Shown: positions 1-11,820 of the stretch, in pieces
How the letters are laid out: each line of letters begins with the position of its first letter
How positions within the stretch are numbered: position 1 is the stretch's first letter
NCBI GenBank assembly: GCA_964016885.1
Contig: OZ024747.1
Span: forward strand, 31,248,001-31,312,000
Length of the DNA stretch: 64,000 nt
Source: Eledone cirrhosa
Taxonomy: Eukaryota
Direction of reading: 5' to 3'
The notes under the pieces: model-generated
Databases searched by the model: none
What the model was told of the DNA's origin: nothing
What the model saw: the letters and a program-made list of their open reading frames with translations, nothing else
Program-made: the position numbers and the translations under genes

Positions 1-189
1 TTCCAAGTAAGGGAGACCTCTCAATATTCGGGCTTTAAGCCCAAATATTCAGATTTATTTTTAAAAACATCGAAAAAAATCGCTTCCACACAGAAAAAAA
101 AAATGGAAATTTTCGACCTTGAAACGGTAAACAACGTTCAGGTCAAAAGCAGCCACTGTAGATCTCACCACAACTACGACTACTACAGA

Positions 190-1980
190 CATGTCTGTCG
201 ACCATTCCACTGAATGTGAAGGCAAAACTCAAAAGCTGCCATCACAACCGCTCCCTTCTTTGTTAGCAGCAGTATCATCTCAAAACGACATTACTACCAC
301 AACAACAACGACAATAACACCGACAGCTTCAATGTAAACACGGATGGCGGTGGCAACAGCAATAAAAACAAAACAACAACAACACCAACAACATCAGCAA
401 GAACGACAACATCAACAACAAGAGCAACAGAGGCACCACCTTTGCTGCAGCAGCAGCAAAATCAAAGCGCTTATTGAATATTGATATTAGCGATAAAGAC
501 GAACAGTTGGCCCAGGCGTGGAGGCTAATTAAACGGGAGAAGTCCTGGGCAAACCTGACCATCCCGGACGGGGCAATAGTGGCCATGCAAAGGAGGACGG
601 TGTACTTTCGATGCATTTCAGTGCAGACACGCAAAGTGGAACTTGCCAGCCAAACAGAGGTCGAGGCTTCTTTGGAGTGCATCTGAAGTGACATAGAGTA
701 TAAAGCAAGGGCCAAACAGTTCGGTACCATCTCGATACTGTTCAAAACCGAGGCCCTTGCTATTAAGCACTCGGTGACCCCCTTCAGAATGGAACGCATT
801 ATCATGCACCTGTCCTACGTGGGCAAAAGGAGAGTAAAGGTCTGCATTCACAGGATCCCACCAGGAATGAACATATGGTGGCTCCGGGAATGCGTAATCG
901 AGGAGGAGACTGACACTACTCTCCTAGATATTAAAAAGACAGAGAGAGAGAGGACTGGTCCGGAAGGATTTGGAGATTCTTCTCCAAATGAAACCTTAGG
1001 ACATGAACAACATCCCGGATTTTTCCCACCTGCAGGACGGGACAACAATCCAACTGGTCACTGAGGGAAGAAGGCTGCACTGCTTCCTCTGCAGGGAAGC
1101 AACGCATCTGCAAGCCTTCTGCCCTCAGCGCAAAAATGCAAGGGGTCACAAACCTTCTTTGTTGCCAACGCCAATGTCAGCACGGAAAGCTGCACCACCA
1201 CCACCAAAAACAACACCAACAAAGACACGGACACCAACATCAACAACAGCCAGACCACCATCAACACCAAAACCAATCCAAGGGGAAAACGAGGAAACTC
1301 TCCCCCTCCCCCCCCCCAATTATACACATAGACAAAACAATAAATGCACACACAGACACAGAGACACTCACAGCCACAGACCCTTTGTCTTCCAGCAGCG
1401 AAGATGAAGGAAAACCCAAAAGTGCAAAAGAACAGAGAAAACTCACCAAAAAAAGCCCCAACAAAACACAAAAACATACACAACGAAAATACAGACACCA
1501 CTAACGCAAAGACTTCCCCAATAACATCAGCACTAACAGCAACATCGACACCACCCCCACAATCCCCGAAACGCAAACAACCTAAACAAACACAAGTACA
1601 TACCCAAAACAACACCACCAAAACCATCACCACCACAGTCACCAAAACGAAAACAAATAAAACCCCGCCAACAAAATGTTAAAAACTTCGTGCTTGTCAG
1701 AAGGGCCAATGATAAACTGATGGCCCTCTTAGCACAAAGTGAGGACATTCAAATAGAGGGGCGGATCTTTGAAAAGAGCACATTTTGTGTGCCAGAAGAT
1801 TTGCTTCTGGTCCGAATGTCACTCGATTCCATCAAAGAAATTCGGGAGAGCTTTCCTCAAGACGAGGGAACCCTGAATGTGAAACCCACATCGAGACTTT
1901 TAAAAGGGTTCCCAAAAGAAACTCCACCAACCATGGAGGTCGAACCACCCGACCTTCACAAGACCCCGGGAGGTAAGTAA
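190..1980 (+). pseudogene. ORF1 (gag-like, CCHC zinc knuckle, Thr/Pro-rich linkers), frameshifted
   Basis: Fragments 474-686, 774-1064, 1003-1407 and 1690-1980; CX2CX4HX4C at ~1081-1122. Confidence 0.7.
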
Positions 1981-2009
1981 ACCTTCCCTCTCTCTTTTAG
2001 CTTGCCAAC

Positions 2010-4594
2010 ATGGCCATATTAAGAGTAGGAAGTTTAAATGTTCATGGCCTGGGATCACCCTGGAAGCAGGGTCACCTGCTCAACGACCTCAGGTCGCTGA
2101 AAATGGATGTGATTGCCGTCAGCGAGACCAGAATTTCCGACACATGCGCACTAGCCCCCATTTTTGACGACTATCAGATCTTCGCATCAATTAGCAGGCC
2201 GGGAATGGGAGGTGGGGTGGCAGTGCTGTTTAGGTAAGGTCGATCTTCTGGGACCCGGACGGTAAGTTGATGGCCTTGGATGTGAGCTGTAGCGAAGGTG
2301 GTGCCTTTAGACTGCTGGCCGTCTACGCCCCTACAGGGGTTGGACGACCGAACTTCTTTAGGCACCTGGAGACCTTTCTGGGTACGTCTTGCCCTTTACT
2401 GCTAGCGGGGGACTGGAACGGCATCTTAGACGCACGCTGGGATTGTGAGGGAGTAGCTGATACGAGCGGTGCAAAAGCCTCAAGCACCTAATCAGCCAGT
2501 TCCAACTTTCTGATAGGTATTGACTAGATTTCCCCAATGCGCCAGTATGGACTTGGACCAACCGCATAGGGTCATTTAGATCGTATATAGACAGGATCTT
2601 CATTAGAAAAATAGATAGAAATAATTGTTTCTACTTTAGGCACAAGGCCAGCAATTATCCCAGTGCATTACTGGTACTTTATTTTATCGACCCCGTAAGG
2701 ATGAAAGGCTAAGTTAACCTCGGCGGGATTTGAACTCAGATCATAAAGGGACGTAATTATGCTGGAAAGCATGGCGTCCGACCCTCTACCAATACTGCCA
2801 ATCCACCGCCCTAAATAGATAGAAATAATGTATGCTGCCCACTTTTTAAAATGGTCGCCTATTCAGATCACAAGTTTGTGATCTGTATGGTCGACCTAGA
2901 TAAAACGCGTAGGTTCGGACTGGGTTACTGGAAGCTGAACATGCCATTTCCGGCACGTAAGGCTTAAAGGGACCGAGTCAATAATTTTGTTAAGCAAAAG
3001 TTGACAGGGGGGAGTCGTCAACTATAGATGGTGGGGGGGGCTCTCAAAAGAGAGATTAGAGTAACTTCGATAGAGTTCAGCAGGGAACTAGCGTTAGAGA
3101 AAAATAGAAAGGAGGGGGAGTTGGTAGATAAGTTAGACAAGGTATTTGTAGTGGCATTGCAACTGACGTGCAAGCGGCGAAAATGGCATTAGACCATTTC
3201 TTCAATGTGAAAGACGAAGGTTGCATTGTCAGAGCTAAGACGCGTGCGCTGAGAAACGAGGGAACCAAAGCTGTTCGATGGGCCCACGTGGTGGAGGCGC
3301 AGTGTGGTAATAAAACTACAATTCGGTCTTTGGTGAACCAAGACTGACACGAGATAAGCGATTCCAAGCAGATGTGTGAGGCCTTTCGCCAGCACTTTGC
3401 TCGGTTGTTCGGGGAGAGTGGCGAGTCAGAGAGAATAGCGGATTTCAGTCCCTACCTTGATGGCTTGCCGCGCATCTCGACGGTCGATGCTGTGCACTGC
3501 AAAAGGCCGATTACTTCAGCCAAAATTCAGGACGCCCTTGTTGGCTGCATGAGGCGCAAGTCACCTGGTTTGGATGGCCTGCCCTATGAGCTTTACATAA
3601 ATATGCCAGACTTGTTCTCCGATCTCCTCAAAGCACTCTACTGCAACTGGCAGCAGAATGGGAGTATTCCCAGTTCTGTGAGCGGGGGAGTGGTGACGCT
3701 GATAAGGAAAGACGAGAACAAGAGGGAGACATTAGACAACTTCAGGCCCATAACTCTGCTCAACACAGAGTTTAAGACTTTGGTCAAAACGGTGAACAGG
3801 TGTGGTCGCTGTTTATCAGATGGGCCTTTCCGCAGCTCGTTTCTTTGACTGAGCTGCAGTCCTGGGTCAAGAAGAGACCAAGACTGGGTGACTGGCACCT
3901 GGAATGTTGCCAAGCACTCACTGCCCTCTACCAGGCGGGCAGTGCGATCAGTGGAACTTCCACTCTCGAGTTCTATAGAGGATTAGTGGGGGGCAAGTGC
4001 GATGACGCACTCGGAGAAGCTTTGGGCCTCGACGAAGTCAAACTGAGCAGTCTGTACCGGAGGACTTTCGAGCCGGGGATGATGGACAATTTCCAGAAAT
4101 CCCTCGCTGGGCAGTGCTACCGGGGGCACTGCCTGTTCGGGATAAACTCTACAGGCACGGAAGTGCTGTCAGACGAACCTGCCCAAGATGCACACAGAAC
4201 GACAACCATTCTGCACGCACTTGTCCAGTGTCCGAGCATTACTGACTTGTGGAGTTATGTCGAACAGCTACTGTCGCGTGTAGAACGGATCCGGCTATCA
4301 GCTGAGTCCATAGTGAAGATAGACCTGCCGCCTTCCTTAGGTCAGGAAGAGCAGGCAATTTTCCTCTCTCTGGTGGCAGTAGCGAAAGAGGTTATATGGT
4401 GGACGAGGTTGAAAGGACTGAAGACAGACACTTTTCTCTTTGGCCAATCCCTCATCAACTTCTTCAAGTTTCACCTGAAAAGGAAGGTGAGGGTGGAGAG
4501 AGAAGTGCTGCCCCCCAGTACATTTGCTAAAAGGTGGATGAATGTGGCGAGAATGGCCCGTGTGAATGGGCCTACTCTGACCATGCGCCTGTAG
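2010..4594 (+). pseudogene. ORF2 (APE endonuclease, partial RT, Cys-rich C-terminus), disrupted
   Basis: Fragments 2010-2237, 2267-2491, 3372-3848 and 3800-4594; RT core missing after ~3800; SINE inserted at 2626-2812. Confidence 0.85.
2626..2812 (-). mobile_element. tRNA-derived SINE family 1 (MetaSINE-like core), full length, with TSD
   Basis: Minus strand A box TGGCAGTATTGG, B box GAGTTCAAATCC, core GCCTTTCATCCTTACGGGGTCGATAAAATAAAGTACC; TSD aaatagatagaaataat at 2609-2625 and 2813-2829. Confidence 0.9.
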
Positions 4595-4857
4595 GCTACC
4601 TGACTCCCTGGGTGCCCTAGAAGCGTAGGGTGGTTCAGGATTGGTGGGGTACCTGAGTCACCCCAGGGGCATCCACCCCCTATCGGGGAATTTATTTTGT
4701 TATATTTATGCATAGTTTATTTTATATTTCTTATATCTATATTGTTAAATTAATCTTGCCATTGTGCACTTTTACTTGACGTTATTGTAAACCCCCAATG
4801 TCCCTGTCTTTGAATTGTCCCCTACATGTCGGCCCTTGTGGCTAATAAATGAAATCA

Positions 4858-4945
4858 CAGTAATGCACTGGGTAATTGCTGGCCTTGTGCCTAAAGTAGA
4901 AACAATTATTATTGTTATCATTATTATTATTGTTAATATTATTAT
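4858..4945 (+). mobile_element. 3' part of SINE family 1 with (TTA)n tail, abutting the LINE 3' end
   Basis: cagtaatgcactgggtaattgctggccttgtgcctaaagtagaaacaatt matches the 3' end of the SINE at 2626-2812. Confidence 0.8.
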
Positions 4946-5774
4946 TATTTTCTATTCCATTTCTTTCTGTTCAAGCAAGTAAACCAAATCTGCCTATTTT
5001 TCTTGATAATGTTCATACCACTCAAGAAGATGGCACACACTAATGTATTATCTGTACTATACATAATGTCAATAGTAAAGAAATTTGAATAGATATAAAA
5101 AGATAAAGCTTTTTGATGCTTATTAAAAAAAAAAAGAAACATTGATTGGGGTGTTATGTAAGCTTTTGAAGAATAACGCTGTTTCAGGCAGTTAAAAGCA
5201 ACCTATAAAATTAGGTAATTTGAAATTTTATTTTGGGTTTTTGTTTTTAAAAAAACTTATTACAAATCATTTTACAGAATTCTTGAGCCATTCAGAAGGG
5301 AATGCAGGGAGAAGCTAATTCTAATAAAGTGCTATTATGCCTGCCACATATAGCAGTGGGCGTTCAGTGGTTTTGAGATGTGAACATTACAATTTATTAG
5401 CAGTTGTTGCTGATTGTTTCTAAGCTCCAGGTCTACCCTGATCAACAATATTTTAACCCTAAGGCTATCACTGTATTTCAGACATAGTTTATCATCATCA
5501 TCACCATTCTACATCTATTTTCCTTGCCTCACCTTTCTTCTTTTTCTTTTTGAAAACACTAAGTTTTAATTTAAAAGATATTATTTGGGTTTTGGCTGCT
5601 ATTTCTAGCAAATCATGCACCATGTTGAGGCTCCCAATTTGATTTGATTTAACAGTAGCCAGTAATGGATTGTAACTCATTATGGTGGTTAGTGATTTGA
5701 AATAGTACCATTGTTAGTAGTATTTATATTTCACTAAATATTAAGTGATATTGTACTGCAGTCTATAATAAATT

Positions 5775-5957
5775 AATTGTTTCTACTTTTGGCACAAGGC
5801 CATCAATTACCCAGTACATTACTGGTACTTTATTTTATCGACCCCGTAAGGATGAAAGGCAAAGTTAACCTCGGCGGGATTTGAACTCAGACCGTAAAGG
5901 GACGTAACTATGCTGGAAAGCATGGCGTCCGACTCTCTACCGATACTGCCAATCCAC
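5775..5957 (-). mobile_element. SINE family 1
   Basis: Near-identical to 2626-2812. Confidence 0.9.
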
Positions 5958-6344
5958 ATAAATTAATATTACTACAATTGTTATATGTACAAGATTTCTT
6001 ATACTACACTCCAGAGAAAATGTTTAGAATTCTATATTGCATTAAATGTAGGTAATAAGATCCTAAAAAGCTTTTCCTGCACATCTGGTGTCATAACCAT
6101 TTCTAGCTATCTCTATCCTACTTCTAATGTCCTCAGGAAATTCTTGAAACTAACATACAGACTTGTCTATAAGTTGTACCTATATCTACGAAAAAAGGTG
6201 AATAACCAGTATCCAATTCATCAACTGGACCTACAGAACTGTAATTAAAAATATACGGTATGTATATGTTGTATGTAAAATGGAGGTACAATTTATTTAC
6301 TGGCAAACTTATGCATATGTATCCAATGATAATAATAATGATGA

Positions 6345-6555
6345 TGATTTCTACTATAGGCACAAGGCCAGCAATTTGTGGAGAAGGGGAAAGTCGATTA
6401 AATCAACCCCAGTGCATTACTGGTACTTTATTTTATCAACCCAGTAAGGATGAAAGGCAAAACTAACCTCAGCAGAATTTGAATTTAATACGTAAAAGGA
6501 CGTAACTATATGCCACAAAGCATGTCATCCAACACTCTACCAATACAGCCAATCT
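6345..6555 (-). mobile_element. SINE family 1, longer and older variant
   Basis: Same core plus an extra ggagaaggggaaagtcgattaaatc segment. Confidence 0.8.
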
Positions 6556-6565
6556 GTTTAATAAT

Positions 6566-6741
6566 AATTGTTTCTACTTTTGGCACAAGGCCAGCAATTA
6601 TCCCAGTACATTACTGGTACTTTATTTTATCGACCCCGTAAGGATGAAAGGCAAAGTTAACCTTGGCGGGATTTGAACTCAGATCGTAAAGGGACGTAAC
6701 TATGCTGGAAAGCATGTCCGACCCTCTACTGATACTGCCAA
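6566..6741 (-). mobile_element. SINE family 1
   Basis: Near-identical to 2626-2812. Confidence 0.9.
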
Positions 6742-7521
6742 AATGATAGAATTCCTCTACCCGCTGAAGTTAACCCATTGATAAAATACTATAATTATGA
6801 TAGGTCATTTTACTGACATTGTTGTTTTTGTTATTTAGATAAGCCAGCCCTGTATGATAAAAATATATCAGGCGTGAGTTTAGGGAATTTCCTTATTTCT
6901 TTCAGGTCAAGTAACCATATAAAGGATCATTTTTAATTTATTTCAGTGCTATGTGTGTGCGTGTATGAATATAAGAAAAATGTTTAGCTAGACATATAGT
7001 AAAATTGTCGACACATAGTAAAATTGAACTGTTTCTCTAACTGAATATTTCTATAAGTAATTACCAAATTAATGTTTGTGTAGTAATCTCCGCTCATGTT
7101 ATTGCATACCAAGGTTACATTAATGTATGGCAATTATGCAGAGAAATATTTCATTGGACTGTATAAGTTATATTATGAGTACCCTAAGCTAGTAGTAACG
7201 TGTAGTTGTGTTACTAGATCAGGTTACTGAATGTGGCATATAAGTAGCAAATATAAATAATGCGATTGCTAGTTGCAGTAAACTTATGTAATGATGAGTA
7301 GTTTTTTTGCCCTTGCTCTCACTGAATTGAGTCTAAGAATTCTTGAGTAGTAATATTCTTTCTCACATACAGTGCATTAACCCTAGAATTTTTCTACATT
7401 AGTAGTTCATTTATCATTAGATGTCAACTAGGGAGCCTGTACATGCTCACTCAATTCAACTTGCTAGAAATAGCAGTGATATTCCCCTTAACCTACTATG
7501 CAAATAAATATATATATATAT

Positions 7522-7950
7522 AGGTTTATCCCGGGTTCAATCGGGGGTAACCACAGTAAGAAAGGTTCTCAATGCAAAGCAGAGTATAAATATTTAATAT
7601 AGAAATGCTTCTACAGGACTAGAACTGTTTCATTCAGGAGAAATTATCAGGAAGCAGCTGTCCAAGTAATATGGTGGTATTTTCTGGTGATAGGAGAGGG
7701 TGGTGATTGGGATGGGTGGATGTTATTGGTTGATGGGTTTAAAGAAGAGGGAATTCTTTAAAAACTATATTTAGAATAACAAAGGTAGAAATAATTCTAT
7801 AGAGAGGTTCACTTTCAGGTGTCACTCCTGATTATTAAGGTTCACATAAGCTAACAATGCCTTTGATCAGGTGTCTACAAGCACATTCACACACACACAC
7901 ACATATAAAGCCCGCACTCCCACACACTCACAAAAACACACACTCTTATA
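7522..7950 (-). repeat. Solo PLE pLTR-like repeat carrying a hammerhead (family H1)
   Basis: 7590-7950 is an inverted copy of 19921-20275; 7523-7585 matches 25697-25760, just upstream of a PLE ORF. Confidence 0.7.
7606..7656 (-). ncRNA. Type I hammerhead motif H1, core mutated to CUGAUAA
   Basis: Reverse complement: tgcttc CTGATAA tttctcctgaat GAAA cag ttctagtc ctg TA gaagca. Confidence 0.6.
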
Positions 7951-7987
7951 GCTATATATATATATACATACACGCATATACATACAC

Positions 7988-8018
<31 letters not shown>

Positions 8019-8051
8019 CCTACACATATATACATATATATACACATATAT

Positions 8052-8388
8052 GGAGGCACATGGCTTAGTGGTTAGAGCATTGGCCTTGCAATCGAAAGGT
8101 TGTGAGTTCAATTCTCAGACCAGGTGATGGGTTTGTGTCCTTGAGCAAGACACTTTATTTCACATTGCTTAAGTTTACTCGGCTGTAGAAATGAGATGAT
8201 AGGGACTGGGGTCCATATCATTCCACTGCAAAGTGGTCATGGAGGTGCCACGGCAAAAAAGCACCCAGCACTCACTGTAAATGAGGTTGGTGTTAGGAAG
8301 GGCATCCAGCTGTAGAAATCAAGCCAGAATCAGTTCCTGTCCCACCCTTGCAAGCAGGGAAAAATGGGACGTAAACTGAAATGATGAT
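8052..8388 (+). mobile_element. tRNA-derived SINE family 2 (CORE-like centre, RTE-derived 3' tail)
   Basis: A box TGGCTTAGTGG, B box GAGTTCAATTC, tccttgagcaagacacttta core; tail cccacccttgcaagcagggaaaa..gacgtaaa..(atg)n shared with the RTE 3' end at 10660-10715. Confidence 0.9.
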
Positions 8389-8412
8389 ATATATATATTT
8401 TATATATATATA

Positions 8413-10715
8413 GGTTAGTCGTTAGTGATATCTCAGTAAGCAAGAGATGGAATGAGACATACAGGAAGGTGTGGAGAAGAAAGGTCTGGAAGCTAAAAGA
8501 CCTTTCACTAAAATACAAATTTACGAAAAAGAAGACGATTTAGAGACGTATGACATAGATAATAACTGGAATTTCTTATGTGACAACGTACTGCAGGATG
8601 AAACTTGTGGCTGGAGCAGAGCTCCAACCAGACAGAGAGTGACCTGGTGGTGGAACAGCACAGTAGATATGGCCATTAGAGACAAAAGACTAGCATGGGA
8701 GGCTTGGAAAAAGGGTGGGAGTAGGGAAGAATATACAGCTGCTAAGAGAGAAGCTAGACGTCAGGTGTACTTAGCATGCAGGGAAGCTGAGAGTAGCAGG
8801 TTTGCCAATGTTCTGCGATGGGAAGATCAGAGGCGTGCGGTGTTCCACATTGCAAGGCAGTGTGTCAATGCAAATCAGGATGTTGTTGGAGATAAATGTG
8901 TCCGGAACGATGCCAGTGTACTGAGTATCACAAATGATCAGAAAAAGGAGGCCTGGAAATGTCATTATGAGAGACTGATGAATGTGGAGAACGAATGGGA
9001 GAGAGAGAAATTACACTCAGTAGATCCGACAGAGGGACCAGCTATTGAGATTGACGAATATAGGGTCCTAGAGGCGATGAAGGAAATGAAAGATGGTAAG
9101 GCTGCTGGACCATTGGGGATAGTTGCTGAGATGCTGAAGGCATCAGGGGACGTAGGCATGAAACTGGTTGCACACATCATCAATCAGGCTATATATGGTG
9201 GTGTCATACCCAAAGATTGGTGCAGTAGTATTCTCATAAATTGCTACAAAGTTAAAGACGATGCTCTGGAGAGAAGCAATTATAGGGGTATAAAACTGAT
9301 GGATCAGATTATGAAAGTGGCAGAAAGGATATTAGCACAACTAATTGGAGTAAGGGTCAAACTAGATGAGATGCAGTTTGGTTTTGTGCCTGGGAAGAGT
9401 ACAACAGATGCCCTCTTCTTGGTGAGAGAATTATAAGAGAGGTTCTTATAGAAAAATAAGCCACTTTACTTAGCCTTTGTTGTGAAGGCCTTTGATAGGG
9501 TACCTCGATCTGTCATCTGGTGGTCCCTAAGGAAACTAGGTGTTGAGGAATGGCTTGTGAGGACAGTGCAAACTTTGTACAGAGGTACTGTCAGTAAAGT
9601 CAGAGTAGGAATGGAGTTTAGTGAGGAATTCCAGGTACAAGTAGGAGAACATCAAGGTTCGGTCCTCAGCCCGCTCTTGTTCATTATAGTCCTCCAAGCC
9701 ATAACAGAGGAGTTTAAGACTGGCTGCCCATGGGAACTTCTCTATGCTAACGATCTGGTTCTTATAGCAGAATCAGTAGAGGAGCTAGAGAATAAATTCT
9801 GGCTATGGAAACAGCAGTTGGAAGCAAGAGGACTGAGAGTGAACCTAGCTAAGACAAAAGTGTTGATGAGTAGAAAAGAGGACAAAACTCTGATTCTGTC
9901 AGGGAAATGGCCATGTTCAATATGCAGAAAAGGAACTGGCATAAATTCTATAAAATGCACACAATGCAGATCCTGGGTACACAAGAGATGTAACGGGATA
10001 GCAGGCAAACTAACAGGTAGGGAGAAATACGTATGCAGTAGATGTACAGGGAAATTTGACAGTAGAAGTCACATTGATAGACACATTTTTCAAATGCAAG
10101 CGGGTGCTATAGAAGTGGTGGATAGCTTCCGGGACCTAGGAGATCAGATTAGCATGGGAGGGGGGTGGTGTTCCGATGCCATAGTATCTAGAATAAGGAT
10201 GGGTTGGAAGAAGTTTAGGGAGCTGCTTCCTCTGCTGACGAAGAAGGGTTTCTCCCTGTGTACAGAAGGCCGGTTATATGATGCCTGTGTGAAGAGCGCG
10301 ATGCTGCATGGATATGCGACGGCTGGAGAGAAATGAGGCAAGCATGCTCCATTGGATGTGCAATGTCAATGTGTGTGAATGACCCAGCATGAGTGTGTTG
10401 AGAGAGAAACTGTGTCTGAGAGGGATAGAATGTAGTGTACGGGAGAGGAGACTGAGGTGGTATGGACATGTGATGCGCATGGAGGATGACCGATGGGTGA
10501 AGAAGTGCGAGGAAATGCCAGTTGAAGGAAGACGTGGTAGGGGTAGACCACAAAAAACATGGGCGGAGGTCGTGAAAACAGACCTCAGATCGCTGAAGCT
10601 CACGGTGGAGATGACGAAGGACCGTGACAAGTGGAGAGATGCTGTGCTGAATAAGACCCGTCCCACCCTTGCAAGCAGGGAAAAGCAGACGTAAAATGAT
10701 GATGATGATGATGAT
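8413..10715 (+). mobile_element. RTE-clade LINE family A, 5'-truncated, pseudogenised
   Basis: ORFs 8471-9436, 9482-10336 and 10389-10694 with NYRGIKL, MQFGFVPGKSTTDA, KAFDRVPR, HQGSVLSPLLF, YAND (eroded YADD), RLRWYGHVMRM, RGRGRPQKTW; (ATG)n tail. Confidence 0.92.
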
Positions 10716-10718
10716 ATA

Positions 10719-10770
<52 letters not shown>

Positions 10771-10795
10771 TATATATATACATATACACACATAT

Positions 10796-10840
<45 letters not shown>

Positions 10841-11251
10841 TATACACATATACATACATATAAATACACACACACACACACAATATATACATATATACAA
10901 ACACTACACTTGTGACAATTATTGACACATTGCTGGGCCCATGGTACCATGTGACAACAAGTGCAGAGAGATCTACAGATATAAAGCAATGCCTGTGCCG
11001 TGAAGCTTTTATAGTGAGCACTGCACAAAGCCAGTCCCACTTGCTTAACCAAGATGATATTTACCAAAAAGAAGAACAAGTCAACATCATTGGATACCAT
11101 CAGGGTTGCAGGTGTTATATCAGAGATTTCCTTCTCCTAGAATTCTGCCTTGACAAAGGCTAAGGGGTCATCTCTCCTGGTGATTTTGGATGGCCATTGA
11201 CTCTTAAGAGCTCCTTTGCCCTATATATATATATATATACACATACATATA

Positions 11252-11289
<38 letters not shown>

Positions 11290-11292
<3 letters not shown>

Positions 11293-11422
11293 GAGGAGTT
11301 GTGGTAAGGAACCAGATGGACCATAACGCACCAGAGTACTCAATACATAGGGTAGTAGACTTTAGTCCAGAAATAGCCGTCGAAACGGCTTGAGTTCTGC
11401 CATCGGGGTCATACTTTCTCCT
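11290..11422 (+). repeat. Short structured repeat containing the 3' half of a hammerhead (family H9)
   Basis: Shared with 47610-47745 and 42817-42870; GAAAcggc-ttgagttct-gccaTCggggtc. Confidence 0.45.
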
Positions 11423-11622
11423 ATATATATATATACATATATCAAGGCTGACCCTTTGTTATCGAGTATGGCTATTGCACGATATACCATTATTCATAAT
11501 TATTAATTAATTCTATCGTGCAATGCCTGTGCATGAATATATACATACACATATACATACACATGTACCCATGTATATACACATATACATATACATACAT
11601 ATATACATGTGTATATACATAT

Positions 11623-11820
11623 TTACACAATTTCGGATGGCCGTTCACTCTTATGAGTTATCTGCCCTTTGTCAGGTTTTGTTTTTTGTCCTGCATGGTG
11701 TCCGAAATCACCCTCCTCACCAAGTAAACTTGGTGGGGTGGCCGGTTTAGTCACCGATGACCCGACCATGCGACAGGTTGTACTGGGTTACATGTTACCA
11801 GTAGCACTCAAGCGTGACTC
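11623..11820. repeat. Dispersed GC-richer repeat, unclassified (possibly a LINE UTR fragment)
   Basis: Copies at 50383-50558 and, more diverged, ~55580-55705. Confidence 0.6.

Larger units (their letters stand above)
1..4857 (+). mobile_element. L1/Tx1-clade non-LTR retrotransposon, decayed, with internal deletion in RT; may start before the window
   Basis: ORF1 remnants with CCHC knuckle (CFLCREATHLQAFC). ORF2 APE motifs: GSLNVHGL, VIAVSETRI, LAGDWNG, YIDRIF, SDHK, GYWKLN. RT N-part: KSPGLDGLPYELY, NFRPITLLNTEFK. C-terminal CPRC..HALVQC. AATAAA near 4844. Confidence 0.9.

Noticed and set aside
329-1748. Antisense ORFs over LINE ORF1 and other retroelement ORFs
   Set aside because: Shadow ORFs from the strand bias of A/C-rich coding sequence
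8052-8125. tRNA genes at A/B-box sites
   Set aside because: These are SINE heads that continue into core and tail domains, with no full cloverleaf
11090-11820. HDV-like ribozymes in the structured repeats (ggCTAA / gaCTAA motifs; also 50280-50560)
   Set aside because: J4/2-like motifs are present, but I could not build a consistent P1/P1.1/P3 double pseudoknot across copies
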